Shown one piece after another: positions 35,963-46,669 of a DNA stretch of 49,639 bases (positions are counted from its first letter, which is position 1; each line of letters opens with the position of its first letter). Both the position numbers and the translations under genes were made by a program. A model generated the notes under the pieces. That model saw only the letters and a list, made by a program, of their open reading frames with translations. It was not told the DNA's origin and ran no database searches. The DNA comes from a virus (taxonomy: Duplodnaviria > Caudoviricetes). The stretch is taken from IMG/VR virus record IMGVR_UViG_3300038520_001382, positions 1 to 49,639 of that record; one strand, 5' to 3'.

Positions 35963-36655
35963 ATGAGTACCACTACATACGAGTCCTTGTTACCAGAAAT
36001 ATTGCCGATGGTGTACGGATGCCCAGATACTTATGCGGAAAAAAGCATTAGGTCAGCTGTTATAGAGTTATGTGAAAAAGCCGCAGTCTATCAACAAGAA
36101 CTAGATCCTGTTACCACTGTAGCTAATGTTTATGAGTATGATTTTGAACCCCCAAGAGGAACCGTTGTACATAAGATACTGTGGGTGACGCATGAAGGTA
36201 AAGATTTAGAGCCTATATCGACTAATCTGATAGAACAACGTAAACCTGATTGGAGAAATTCAAGTCATTATGGAAAACCAGAATACTATATAAAACAAAG
36301 CCCATCTCTCTTTTGGTTAGTGCCAGTTCCATCAACGACACAAACTTCTTCTACGATAATGAGAGCACAGTTGAAACCGACACATTCTTCAACAGCTTGT
36401 AGTACACAGGTAATGGATGATTACAGAGACACGATAATAAATGGAGCCTTGTTTAGATTGCTTAGAACCCCAAGTCAACCTTGGACAGATTTGACTGGAG
36501 CACAAGTATACGCATCTATGTTTAGTCAAGGCATAGTAGATGCAGAGCGTAGAGCTAGACATGCAGATGAAGGAATAGCTAGGAGAGTAACCTATAGAGG
36601 AGTAGGAAGGTATGGGTCATGGAGGAGTAAACATAGATACGGTAAAGGTGGATAA
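35963..36655 (+). CDS. Second adaptor / tail tubular A-like protein
   Basis: LP.V.GCP..A..E.C, G.PEYY, L.PVP, GAL.RL motifs. Confidence 0.65.
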   Translation: MSTTTYESLLPEILPMVYGCPDTYAEKSIRSAVIELCEKAAVYQQELDPVTTVANVYEYDFEPPRGTVVHKILWVTHEGKDLEPISTNLIEQRKPDWRNSSHYGKPEYYIKQSPSLFWLVPVPSTTQTSSTIMRAQLKPTHSSTACSTQVMDDYRDTIINGALFRLLRTPSQPWTDLTGAQVYASMFSQGIVDAERRARHADEGIARRVTYRGVGRYGSWRSKHRYGKGG

Positions 36656-37052
36656 CCCCGTACAGGCAGAGTTTGGAGATAATCTGTCTTGGGTGTGTCC
36701 CGCAATAGAAGAAATTTTATTTGCGAATCCACAGCTGACATTTACAACAGAGGATGTATATGCAGCTTGTATAAATGGATCAGCAAGTTTATGGGTAACA
36801 GATGATGGTTTTGTTGTTACTACAAGTGAGGTTGATCCATATAACGGAGATCGCACTTTTTTAATTTGGTTAGCTTGGGCTAAAATAAGAGGGAATAATT
36901 TAGTAGTTAAGCATCAAGATTTTTTTATGGATTACGCTAGGGAAAGAAAGTATAAAAAAATAGAAGTTAGATCAGCAATACCAGAGTTAACTTCATATGT
37001 ATTAGCTCACGGATGGGAAATTGACACTATAGTTTATACGAGAGATTTGTAA
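36612..37052 (+). CDS. GNAT-fold-like virion assembly protein (T7 gp13 position)
   Basis: Size, position and LIWLAW...ARE..YKKIE..S...GW pattern. True start may be GTG at 36648. Confidence 0.5.
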   Translation: MGHGGVNIDTVKVDNPVQAEFGDNLSWVCPAIEEILFANPQLTFTTEDVYAACINGSASLWVTDDGFVVTTSEVDPYNGDRTFLIWLAWAKIRGNNLVVKHQDFFMDYARERKYKKIEVRSAIPELTSYVLAHGWEIDTIVYTRDL

Positions 37053-37669
37053 TGGGAAGTAGACCAAAAAGACAAGAATACGAAGCTTCAGCAGCGGAAA
37101 AAGCATCTGCATCTGTTGCGTTAGCAGAATATAAAAACTTTAAAAAGAAGTATGATCCTTTGTTGAAGGAGATGAAAGAAGCTTCCATGACTCAGGATGT
37201 ATCTTCTACTTTGAGAGGTAGAGCTAATGCAGACACAATGCAAGCTCTTACTTCAACACCAACTTACAATCTGACGCAAGAGACGAACGTACCAAGCGAA
37301 ATGTCAAGAGCATTAGGCGGTCAGTTACAAGTAGCTAATGTATCAGCCAAAGATATACAAAACAAACAGAGAACAAATGTTTTAGGAACCGCTAGAGGAC
37401 AGGCAGCTGATGCACAGTCTGGTATGGCTCAAGCATCTAGGTTAGCTACTTCTGACGCACTTGCTAGGGCTAGAGCAGCTCAAGATGTAAGATCAGCTAG
37501 AAGCAGTGCGTTGGGTCAAATAGCAGGTGCGACTTTAGTTTATGGTAATGAGAATGAGATGTTCGGTAAAAAACCAAACGCTGGAACGGTAGATGCAGAT
37601 GGTAATAGAACTGGTCAAACTGATGGTAGTTTTGGCTATAACTTTATTAGAAACGTATTCGGATATTAG
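37052..37669 (+). CDS. Internal virion / ejection protein
   Basis: MGS start, Ala/Gln-rich helical sequence. Confidence 0.6.
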   Translation: MGSRPKRQEYEASAAEKASASVALAEYKNFKKKYDPLLKEMKEASMTQDVSSTLRGRANADTMQALTSTPTYNLTQETNVPSEMSRALGGQLQVANVSAKDIQNKQRTNVLGTARGQAADAQSGMAQASRLATSDALARARAAQDVRSARSSALGQIAGATLVYGNENEMFGKKPNAGTVDADGNRTGQTDGSFGYNFIRNVFGY

Positions 37670-37671
37670 AT

Positions 37672-38484
37672 ATGCCACATATACAAGGTTCCCCAACTAC
37701 AGGGCACGGAAGAAGATTTCGTAACGGTCGAACTCCTGGAATGACCGACATGAGCGGGTTACAAAATGTATCTGACCCAGATCGAACCTATGCGAACATA
37801 ACTCGTCAAGAGTATTTAGATTTTGTATCCAATTATGGTGATTTCGAAGATGATCTAATTAACCAAGCTAGAACTGATACAAGTTTAATTGATTCAGCTA
37901 GAGAAGATTCACAGTCAGCTGCACAGTTAACAGCTGACATAGCGGCTAGGAACAGATCACGATATGGTGCAGCTTTAACTCCTGCTCAAATGCAACAGCA
38001 ACAAAGAGCATTACAGAGAGGTTCTACACTAGGTCAGACCCAAGCAGTTAATGACGCACGAATTGCACAAAGAGAAGCTAACCAAGCGTTGATGTCTGAC
38101 TTGATAAATATAGGTCAAGGCGTAAACAGGGCTTCACAAAATCAAATGGGGTCAGCAGCGGCTGATGCTACTAATAGAAGAAATGCTTACACCCAAGCTA
38201 AAGCGGCTTCGAAAGCGCAAACATATCAAACAGTGGGATCTCTTGCATCTTCTGCTATTTTAGCATTTGCATTTTTAAGTGACCGTTCTGCAAAAATGAA
38301 TATAAAGAAAGTAGGTGTATCTAAGAAAGGTACAAATATTTATGAGTTCAACTATATTGGATCTAAGGATAGATATAGAGGAGTTATGGCTGACGAAGTT
38401 CCTCATGCAGTAGTTGGTGAGAAAAACGGATATATGTTGGTCGATTACAATAAGACTGATGTGAAATTTAAGAAGGTTTCGTGA
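37672..38484 (+). CDS. Internal virion protein with C-terminal S74-like chaperone domain
   Basis: Ala/Gln-rich body, then SDRSAKMNIKKVG...IYEFNY...GVMADEV...VDY. Confidence 0.7.
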   Translation: MPHIQGSPTTGHGRRFRNGRTPGMTDMSGLQNVSDPDRTYANITRQEYLDFVSNYGDFEDDLINQARTDTSLIDSAREDSQSAAQLTADIAARNRSRYGAALTPAQMQQQQRALQRGSTLGQTQAVNDARIAQREANQALMSDLINIGQGVNRASQNQMGSAAADATNRRNAYTQAKAASKAQTYQTVGSLASSAILAFAFLSDRSAKMNIKKVGVSKKGTNIYEFNYIGSKDRYRGVMADEVPHAVVGEKNGYMLVDYNKTDVKFKKVS

Positions 38485-40394
38485 TGAGTATATTAGCTGG
38501 ATTAGATAATGTATTTTCTAGAGCGGGGCAAATGTCTCAGCGACAGCAAGCTAACAATTTAGCTGAAAGAAGACTGCTCCTTGATGAACAAACTCGTGCA
38601 ATTGAAGACAGAAACCGTGATTCAAATAGAGAATATGATATAGCTAGAGCTAATGGTTGGTTGGATGCTAATAATCCAAACCGTTATGGAGAAGGGTTTA
38701 GGCAAGCTTTAAAAGATGGAAACAAGGATGCCTTAGATCAATTAGCTCGTTTGACAAATAAAGCAAATGTCGTAAGAGGCGGTGGAGCAGTTTCAGGTTT
38801 TTCTGTTGGCCCAGAAGGTTTAAGTGCAATAGTCGAAAACCCAGATGGTACTCCTGGTGCGATTACAGAGGGTGGTTCCAATGCCGCTGATGCAAATGTA
38901 GAAATTATGTCGTTTGATGATGTATTAGATAACTCTAATTCTCTGTGGAACCTAACTGTTAATCCATATCAAGATCGTTTTAGAACAAATGAGTTTATTG
39001 CGTACAGAGAAGTTATTAAGCGAGAGGGCGGTGATACTGGTAATCTTGAAATTACAGAGCGGTTACAAGACGATGTACGAAGAGCAAATGAATTAGAGGT
39101 GTTAGCTAGAATAGATGACCCTGTAGCTAGACGAGAGTTTATTGCAACAATAAACCGTGCTGAAACCCCTGATGAAAAAGACGAAGTAATTGAAGAAGCA
39201 GGTAAGGATTTAGGTGCTGAGATATTACCTGTACCTAGAGTAAATAAATCAGATTCTAGAAAGTCACAACGTGATCCTGAAGTACGTCTCCAAAGGAACA
39301 TAGACATTATAGAAAAAAGAATGAAGGAAGGTAGATATTCTAGAAGACCAAAAGTTGCCGAACAACAAAAAGCGAGAGACGAAAAAGACCTTGCTCGCTT
39401 GAAAAAAGAACTTTCTGAGGTTAAAAAAGATAGTCCAGAACCTACACCCAAACCTAAAACTGAAACACAAACTAAAATAAAGTCTGATTCTCAACCTGTG
39501 CAACTTGAGTTTGACGTGGCTACTGAAAAGTTTGCTGGCAAATCTACTAGCGAGATTGCTGATTTAGCACTTAGCGGACAGATTAGTTTGTCTCCGAATG
39601 CGTTACGAGAAGTTGCCGCAAGACTTCAAGCAGAAAATGTTCGAGAGTTAAGTGACCTTCAACGTCTTAATAGAACAGATAGAGCTATTGCTTTAGCGGC
39701 ATTTGCTGCAACTATTAGACCAGAGGATGCAGAAACTTTCTATACCGAAGCTAGAAACATAATGGAGACGGGTGTTAGAAGTCTTTCAGCAGCTGCTGCC
39801 AATACTATTGATTTTAACAACAGACAGTTAAATCAGAGAATAGCAGAGTATGATTTGAAAACAGTTGAAAAAGCTAATCAAACAGCAGATGGTTTGATTA
39901 CAGCGGTTTCTGAACTAACAAATGCAGAAGGCTTTGAACCTAGCAGAGAAACTTCTGAAGCAATATTAAAAGGCGGAGCACTAAACACTTTTTGGAATGA
40001 CTTAAGTACTTATGACTCAAAAAGATTTCCAGAAGCGCATCAGCGACTTATGGAAGCTATGAACAGTGTATTATCTCAAGTTGCAGCTGGCTTTGCGGCT
40101 GAAGAAGAAGGAGGCGTTTTTGAAACAATAGCTGACCTTTTATCAAGAGATGAAATAGATGGTCAAAATGTCGATGCTTCGGATATGTTTTTGAATAGAA
40201 TCATAGCTACTCCAGATGGCGGTATTCAATACATAGAACCACCAAAAATAGTTAATGGTGAATATGTTATTAAACGACTAGATGAGAAGTTTCAATTGAG
40301 TGATATACGAGCTATAAATAGTAATGCTGCCCGTCTAATTCAACAAGCTGCTAGAGCAAATACTAAGAAGTATTCAGAACCTGCTGAGGTTTAA
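38481..40394 (+). CDS. Internal virion / ejection protein
   Basis: 637 aa, helical, in the ejection-protein cluster. Confidence 0.6.
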   Translation: MMSILAGLDNVFSRAGQMSQRQQANNLAERRLLLDEQTRAIEDRNRDSNREYDIARANGWLDANNPNRYGEGFRQALKDGNKDALDQLARLTNKANVVRGGGAVSGFSVGPEGLSAIVENPDGTPGAITEGGSNAADANVEIMSFDDVLDNSNSLWNLTVNPYQDRFRTNEFIAYREVIKREGGDTGNLEITERLQDDVRRANELEVLARIDDPVARREFIATINRAETPDEKDEVIEEAGKDLGAEILPVPRVNKSDSRKSQRDPEVRLQRNIDIIEKRMKEGRYSRRPKVAEQQKARDEKDLARLKKELSEVKKDSPEPTPKPKTETQTKIKSDSQPVQLEFDVATEKFAGKSTSEIADLALSGQISLSPNALREVAARLQAENVRELSDLQRLNRTDRAIALAAFAATIRPEDAETFYTEARNIMETGVRSLSAAAANTIDFNNRQLNQRIAEYDLKTVEKANQTADGLITAVSELTNAEGFEPSRETSEAILKGGALNTFWNDLSTYDSKRFPEAHQRLMEAMNSVLSQVAAGFAAEEEGGVFETIADLLSRDEIDGQNVDASDMFLNRIIATPDGGIQYIEPPKIVNGEYVIKRLDEKFQLSDIRAINSNAARLIQQAARANTKKYSEPAEV

Positions 40395-40397
40395 GGC

Positions 40398-43300
40398 ATG
40401 GATAAGTATGTCCAGGATCTCTATCAAACACTAGACGGTTCTTCTGCTTTAGCTGACCCTATTCCCGTAGAAGAAAAAGACGATAGTTTAAGCAATGCTT
40501 TTTCTAGCGGTCTTAAAACAGGTGTAGAAGGTTTAGGATCATCGATTGATTATTTTCAGTCTTTAGCAGGAACTCTAGTAGGCGCTGATGAATATGCAGA
40601 ACAACAATTAAAAGAAGCTGAGTTCAGCGGACAATTTGCAAAGTCTGCGTCAGCAGACGTTACTTCTTTTGAAGATTTTTTAGATGAACCTAGTATTACT
40701 GGAGCATTTACTCAAGTAGCAAAGTTTGGTGGTCAAGGCATACCATCTTTAATTTATAGTATTGGGTCAGCCGCAACGGGAGGACTTGGCGGCCTAGCTG
40801 TAGGAGCAGCTTTAAAAACTGGGTCTAAAAAAGCCGCTGAAAGAATAGTAAAAGACAGCTTAGATAAAGTAGCAAAAGGAACAGCAACAAAAGCTGATCT
40901 AGATGATGCTCAAACTATATTTAATTACGCCAAGTACGTAAAAGCAGGAGCGTTGGGCGGTGCAGCATCTGCTGAGTTTCCAGCATTGTCTGGCGAAAAC
41001 TTTGGAGAAGCTATAGAAGCTGGGCAAGAAAGAACAAAAGATTTGGCTTTACAGTCAGCAGGTGTGGCTATACCTCAAACAGTCATAGGCGTGGGCACAG
41101 AAGCAGCATTTTTAAAAATGTTAGCAAAGAAAGCAAAGGCTAGGTCTAAGGGAGAAAACTCTATATTCGGGCGTTTGGCAAAAGCTATTGCTGTAACTGC
41201 GCCTAGAGGTGCTGGTTTAGAAGGGCTTTCTGAATTAGGTCAAAGTGAGCTAGGTATAGCACAAAGAAGAACTTATGATCCCGATTATTCTCAAGAAGAA
41301 GCAAATCTTAGAAGAATGGAAAGTTTTTTTGCTGGAGCAGTTATTGGTGGGTTTGCAGGTGGTGCGGGTTCAATAGGTTCTGTAGCTTATCAAAATCGCG
41401 ATTCTATATCTAAAAAAGCAGGAGAGATAGGAAGTGCCACTCAAGAAAAAACACAAGCTGTTTTTGATAAAGCTAGAAAGATGTGGAATGACTCTGTATC
41501 CAAAAGAGAGTTTGATAAACAAGATGCAGAAGAAACTCCAGTTAGACGTTCGATGGATATTGATGAAGTTGATCCAAATGAGCAAAGTGTAGCAACTCAA
41601 GAACAAGAAGCGACACAAGCTGGGATTGTACAGGAGACAGACCTATCAGAAGAAACGCAAGTTGTTGTCGAAGGCGCAGAAAAAACAGAACCAAGTAGAA
41701 TATTTGATAACACAGAAACGGCTAGGCGAGCTTACATAAAAGAGTTTGGTGATACCGATTTTAATGATCCTTTTTATGCAGGGATGACTGAAACTTTTTT
41801 ACAGAAAGTAGCAAAACAAAAATCTGATTTCCCTGACCAAGAACTGATTATAGAAAAACAAGGTGACCGTTACGTTGCTATAAAACAAGATGCTAGTTTC
41901 TTAAATAAATCCGATGTTATAAGTCAATTAAACAGAGCCGCTAAAAGTTCAAAAGCAAGAGGGTCTGGTGTTTTTCTTAAAACTCCAGACGGCAAAACAA
42001 GACCTATAAATTTAGTTGATTTAGCGACAGCGGGTAGAAGGTTACTTATTAGACGCGGTGAGAATGTAGACGCTCAAAATAACCAAACAGATGTTGCGGC
42101 TTTGGGACTAACTACTTTCTTAGCTGATATGCAGTTGGCTGATACTGGGTATGATATCTTGATAGAGAACAAATCTATCTTTGATATAGATAATAACGCT
42201 TCTTTAGACTCTCAAATTGATACGTCTACAACAGCCGCTATAGTTGATGGGGCAAGTGTTCCTTTAGGTACTTTACTAAAACGAACAGGGCCGTCTGGCC
42301 CATCTAAACCTTTTGTTCTCCCAGAAACACCAGAGGCTACTATAGATACAAATGTACCTACAAATGAAGATTTTTCGCAGCAACCTTTTTCTCGCGGTGG
42401 TATGAGACGAGAAGGTGTGACTGTGCAATTAGAGGATGGCAGAACTGTTTTTGTTAGAGATGACGTTACACGATCAGTTGATGAATCTACTCAAATTCGA
42501 GAAGCAGACATAATAGATGAAGAAGGTGAGCTTGTAGCAAAAACTCGTTTAAATTTAGAAACGACTCCTGGTAGAGATATCAACAGAACTAGGGGTGCGT
42601 CACCGAGAGAAATTTATGTTACTACAAATAATCAAGGCAAACCCACATTGGGAACTAGGCAAAGATCACCGAGGAGTTCTGAAAGAAGAACTTTTAGAAA
42701 AGCTGAATATCCTTTAGGTGAAATAAACAGACTTAGTACTCAGTTTATAAATAAAGCCATAGCTCAAATAAAACCAAAGTTACCTGTAGCAGTATTAGGC
42801 ATAAGAGAAGTATTAGCTTTATCAGACTCAGAACTAGCTGCAAGGTTTAATGATTCTCAAGTATCTGATTTAGTAAAAAAAGCGGCTACTGAATTAAGAA
42901 ATACTGAAAATAAACTAGGTGAGTATATAGGGTTTACTAATGGTCACGTGGTTCTAGTAGATAATATATCAGTGGGTAATGATTTACAGCTTGCTTTAAC
43001 GGCCGCACATGAAGCATTAGGGCATGTTCTCTTCCAAGAAGAGTTAGATAGTTCATTAACAAATAAAACCGTTAGAGAGCGATTAGAAAAAGCCTTTGAC
43101 AAAGCTAAGAACGCTAAAGATGCACCTAGTCAATACCAAGGAGAGTATGGGTTTGAGGAATGGTATGCAGATCAAACTGCTAGTTGGGCACAAAAACTTT
43201 ACATAAACGAAAAGAAAACTGCCGCTAATGGCGTAGTTAACAGACACTTTGCGGCTATAGTAGAAAAGTTACGTAGTCTTTGGAACGCTTTGTCTTCAGA

Positions 43301-45488
43301 GTTTAAAAAACGATTTGGTAGAAATGCTTACTCTCAAACTTTCGATGAGTATATGGAAAATACAATTGTTAGAGAAAGAGCACGTTTACGTTCTGAAAGT
43401 GGCTCAGTGCTAAAAGAAGTTACTTACAGGAAAAAAGCTATTGTTAGAGCCATGGAAGAAACTATTTCTAATAGTGAGTCATCTCAAAAAACAGTTGGGT
43501 CTATACTTAAAAACTTTAGACAACATGTTAATAATGATACACAGACAGGGCACACATTATTAAAAGCAATACTACCTGAAGATAATATGTTGAGAAGCAT
43601 TAGTCCTGTTATTGCAGACATGATGTATGTTAGGTCTAACTCTCAATCAAATGCTAATAATCAGTTTGGTTTTTTGAAAGGGAAAGGACACGTTAGAGGC
43701 CAGATGTTTTTTGCATTAGAAAGAATACTTGGTGATAACTGGGATTCTACAGAAGTTCAAGAGGCTCTTGCTGAAGCCGCTAACCAAGATATAAAAACAG
43801 CAGACTTACAAAATCCAAAAGCTAAAGAAGTTAGAGATTATCTAAGCAAATTGTATGACGATTATATATCCAAAGTCCCTGGGAACAAGATACAAAAACG
43901 AGATGACTATTATCCTGTATCTTTGGACTTAGCTAAAATATATACAGATCCCGATGCTTTTGCAGAAATTATATTACAGAATAAACCTGAATATACGAAA
44001 GAACAGGTTTATCAAATAGTAGATAAGTTGGTTGCCAAAAACGAAAGTATATTAGATGAAAACGAAATAAATATAGACCCTACTGATCCTCAAAGTGCAG
44101 TAGAGCAAGCTAGAATATTAACGTCTGGTATAGAAGAAAAACTTATAGACTTTAGAGCATCACCTGAAGTAGCTCTTATAAACTACCTACGGCACATAAT
44201 GATTCATTCTGAGTGGAACAGAAACACTAGGGATGCTGATGGAAACGATTTATTAGGCCCAGAGTTAGAAAAACTAACTGACACAGAAAAAGAACAAGTT
44301 ATTGGCACGTTGAATCGGTACTTAGGTTATACCACAAAGCCTATGAATCCAAAGTTGTCAAAAGCTCAAAGTTGGTTACAGTTTTTTAATTGGGTCACCT
44401 TACTGGCTTTTGCAACTATTGGGTCTATACCAGAACTAGGTGGAGCTGTTTTTAATACAAAAGAGTTAAAAGGTTTTGGAATGGCGAAGAACGCTCTTTT
44501 GTCTAGGATAACTAACCCCGAACAAGCCGTTACACTAGCTAGAACTATTGGCGTAACTCACAGTACTGCTATGGGTAATTTAGGTTTAACTGAAGCTGAT
44601 GCGGAGTTTTTAGACCCTGCTGTTAGGAAGTATTCAGATAAATTTTTTGAAGTAATATTACTAGATAAGTTTACTCGATACACGAGAGAGTTTGCTTCAG
44701 TGTTAGGAGTTGAGTTTCTTATACACAATGCCGAAAACAAAACTAATAATCCACGAGCAGATAGATATCTTCAAGATCATGGGGTTACAGCAGAGCAAGT
44801 TAAATCATGGGCGGCAAGACAGAGTAATGGTAACTATAGTTTTTCTGGAGAAGACGGAGCCGCAGTGCAAGCAGCTTTACAAAGATTTGTTGACAACTCG
44901 ATGCTAAGACCAAATGCCGCTGAAAGAACTAGTTGGGGTAATGACCCCAGGTATCAACTTATATGGTCACTTAAGTCTTATATGTTTTCATTTAGTAAAG
45001 TAATTTTAGGTGGTTTTTATAGAGAAGTAGGCGCTAGAGTTGGAGAAGCTAAGAACCCAATAGACGGATTAAGTAGTGTTGCGATGATGGGTTTAATTAC
45101 AGCTATGTCATTTATGCCGTTAGCGATGTTATCTTTAGAATTAAGAGAAATAGCAAAAGCTACAACAGCAGCCGTATTACCAGGGGTTGATTCAAACGCA
45201 CGTTACTTTAGATCAAATAGAATGGATACTGCTGAATACATGGCTGAAATATTTGACAGAAGCGGGTTAGCTGGCCCATTTATGTTATTTGGTATGGTAG
45301 GTAAAAGTGTTGAATGGGGTGAAAGACAAGGTTTAGGGCCAATAGGCCAAACTTTTAAAGGTTTATCACCAATACTAGGGCCAACATATGGGTTGCTAGT
45401 TGATGATATAGCGTTGGGTTTGTACAGCGGTAAGGGTTGGGATGTTGTTCCATCAAGAATAATCCCAGGATATAACTTAGTTTTATAA
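40398..45488 (+). CDS. Large internal virion / DNA-transfer protein with zincin-like motif
   Basis: 1696 aa; Gly/Ala-rich N-terminal segments; AAHEALGH and FEEWYAD. Confidence 0.7.
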   Translation: MDKYVQDLYQTLDGSSALADPIPVEEKDDSLSNAFSSGLKTGVEGLGSSIDYFQSLAGTLVGADEYAEQQLKEAEFSGQFAKSASADVTSFEDFLDEPSITGAFTQVAKFGGQGIPSLIYSIGSAATGGLGGLAVGAALKTGSKKAAERIVKDSLDKVAKGTATKADLDDAQTIFNYAKYVKAGALGGAASAEFPALSGENFGEAIEAGQERTKDLALQSAGVAIPQTVIGVGTEAAFLKMLAKKAKARSKGENSIFGRLAKAIAVTAPRGAGLEGLSELGQSELGIAQRRTYDPDYSQEEANLRRMESFFAGAVIGGFAGGAGSIGSVAYQNRDSISKKAGEIGSATQEKTQAVFDKARKMWNDSVSKREFDKQDAEETPVRRSMDIDEVDPNEQSVATQEQEATQAGIVQETDLSEETQVVVEGAEKTEPSRIFDNTETARRAYIKEFGDTDFNDPFYAGMTETFLQKVAKQKSDFPDQELIIEKQGDRYVAIKQDASFLNKSDVISQLNRAAKSSKARGSGVFLKTPDGKTRPINLVDLATAGRRLLIRRGENVDAQNNQTDVAALGLTTFLADMQLADTGYDILIENKSIFDIDNNASLDSQIDTSTTAAIVDGASVPLGTLLKRTGPSGPSKPFVLPETPEATIDTNVPTNEDFSQQPFSRGGMRREGVTVQLEDGRTVFVRDDVTRSVDESTQIREADIIDEEGELVAKTRLNLETTPGRDINRTRGASPREIYVTTNNQGKPTLGTRQRSPRSSERRTFRKAEYPLGEINRLSTQFINKAIAQIKPKLPVAVLGIREVLALSDSELAARFNDSQVSDLVKKAATELRNTENKLGEYIGFTNGHVVLVDNISVGNDLQLALTAAHEALGHVLFQEELDSSLTNKTVRERLEKAFDKAKNAKDAPSQYQGEYGFEEWYADQTASWAQKLYINEKKTAANGVVNRHFAAIVEKLRSLWNALSSEFKKRFGRNAYSQTFDEYMENTIVRERARLRSESGSVLKEVTYRKKAIVRAMEETISNSESSQKTVGSILKNFRQHVNNDTQTGHTLLKAILPEDNMLRSISPVIADMMYVRSNSQSNANNQFGFLKGKGHVRGQMFFALERILGDNWDSTEVQEALAEAANQDIKTADLQNPKAKEVRDYLSKLYDDYISKVPGNKIQKRDDYYPVSLDLAKIYTDPDAFAEIILQNKPEYTKEQVYQIVDKLVAKNESILDENEINIDPTDPQSAVEQARILTSGIEEKLIDFRASPEVALINYLRHIMIHSEWNRNTRDADGNDLLGPELEKLTDTEKEQVIGTLNRYLGYTTKPMNPKLSKAQSWLQFFNWVTLLAFATIGSIPELGGAVFNTKELKGFGMAKNALLSRITNPEQAVTLARTIGVTHSTAMGNLGLTEADAEFLDPAVRKYSDKFFEVILLDKFTRYTREFASVLGVEFLIHNAENKTNNPRADRYLQDHGVTAEQVKSWAARQSNGNYSFSGEDGAAVQAALQRFVDNSMLRPNAAERTSWGNDPRYQLIWSLKSYMFSFSKVILGGFYREVGARVGEAKNPIDGLSSVAMMGLITAMSFMPLAMLSLELREIAKATTAAVLPGVDSNARYFRSNRMDTAEYMAEIFDRSGLAGPFMLFGMVGKSVEWGERQGLGPIGQTFKGLSPILGPTYGLLVDDIALGLYSGKGWDVVPSRIIPGYNLVL

Positions 45489-45497
45489 GGATAAAAA

Positions 45498-45860
45498 ATG
45501 TCAATATTAGGAACGATTTTAGGTAACGGTGACGTAATAACAAAGGGTTTGAATCTTATAGACGATCTTCATACATCAGAAGAGGAAATGGTTCAAGTCA
45601 AAACAGAGCGTCAAGTAAACTTGCTTAACAGTTATGCACCGTTCAAGGTAGCTCAGCGATTGTTGGCACTTATATTTAGTCTTACGTTCGTGGGTTCGTA
45701 TATTATGATATTGACATTGTATTTCCTTGAAAAACCAGTAGATGAAGTACAATTGATTATCGAAACATTTAAGATTGATTGGATCATGTTGTGTATAGTT
45801 TCTTTCTATTTTGGCGGTGGCTTTGCTGAAGGTCTAATGGAAAAAAGGATGAAAAAGTAG
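45498..45860 (+). CDS. Putative holin
   Basis: ID.LHTS.EE, two TM segments, IVSFYFGG; near the endolysin. Confidence 0.65.
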   Translation: MSILGTILGNGDVITKGLNLIDDLHTSEEEMVQVKTERQVNLLNSYAPFKVAQRLLALIFSLTFVGSYIMILTLYFLEKPVDEVQLIIETFKIDWIMLCIVSFYFGGGFAEGLMEKRMKK

Positions 45861-46000
45861 TGGGTTGGTTGCAAGACTATAATGGGAGTGAAACAACCTG
45901 GGTTCACGTAGTGTTACTTGTAATAATGGTAATTGGTGGAGGTTTACTTTTTTGGCTAATGGGGCCAGAGTCAACTCCCATAACAGAAGCACCTGAGTAA
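45860..46000 (+). CDS. 46-aa single-TM peptide in the lysis cassette (not in ORF track)
   Basis: GTG overlapping the upstream TAG; WVHVVLLVIMVIGGGLLFWLMG; ends just before the next ATG. Confidence 0.55.
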   Translation: MGWLQDYNGSETTWVHVVLLVIMVIGGGLLFWLMGPESTPITEAPE

Positions 46001-46001
46001 A

Positions 46002-46283
46002 ATGGATAATAGACAAGTGGAAATACGGTTTGATCGTTTAGAGCAGAAGATAGATAAACTTACTGATCTTATGACTAATGTTGCCAGGGTTGAAGAACAG
46101 CTTATAGGCGTTAATGGAAGGTTAAAACGACATGAATTCCGTTTAGATGAAAACGAAAAAAAGATAGATGAGATTGCTGATTTAGCGCAATCAAACAAAT
46201 TTGTTGTAAGGATTGCAACATCATTAGCGGCAAGTATATGGGCAGGGATTGTGGGCTTTTGCGTGTATTTGTTTAGGGACTAA
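46002..46283 (+). CDS. Coiled-coil plus C-terminal TM protein (XhlA-like lysis accessory)
   Basis: RLE.KID.L heptads, hydrophobic C-terminus. Confidence 0.6.
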   Translation: MDNRQVEIRFDRLEQKIDKLTDLMTNVARVEEQLIGVNGRLKRHEFRLDENEKKIDEIADLAQSNKFVVRIATSLAASIWAGIVGFCVYLFRD

Positions 46284-46285
46284 AG

Positions 46286-46630
46286 ATGTATAAGTATTTT
46301 AAAATAGAAGATTTTGATTGTCAGGAGACTGGCAATAATGAGATGAAACCGTCTTTTGTAAGAAGGTTAGATGCATTACGAGAGGCATGTGGTTTTCCGT
46401 TTTACATAAGCTCTGGATACAGAGATCCGTCTCACAGTATAGAGAAAGCTAAAGCAAAACCAGGTAAGCATAGTGAAGGTATTGCGGCTGATATAGTAGT
46501 GAATGGCGGAGTACAAAGAAGGCAGATTGTAGAGCAAGCATTAGCTATGGGTTTCGGAGGCATAGGTGTAGCTAAGACGTTTGTGCATGTGGACACTAGG
46601 GACTCTACCCAAGTCTTGTGGTGTTATTAA
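46286..46630 (+). CDS. Endolysin, peptidase M15A family
   Basis: ISSGYR, H..GIAADI, GIGV..FVHVDTR. Confidence 0.9.
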   Translation: MYKYFKIEDFDCQETGNNEMKPSFVRRLDALREACGFPFYISSGYRDPSHSIEKAKAKPGKHSEGIAADIVVNGGVQRRQIVEQALAMGFGGIGVAKTFVHVDTRDSTQVLWCY

Positions 46631-46669
46631 TGATGGTTTATTATAATAATTCGTTTATAGGTATATAAA

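Noticed and set aside
40398-45488. N4-like virion RNA polymerase
   Set aside because: About half the size of N4 vRNAP and no recognisable catalytic motifs by eye. Kept only as something to test structurally.
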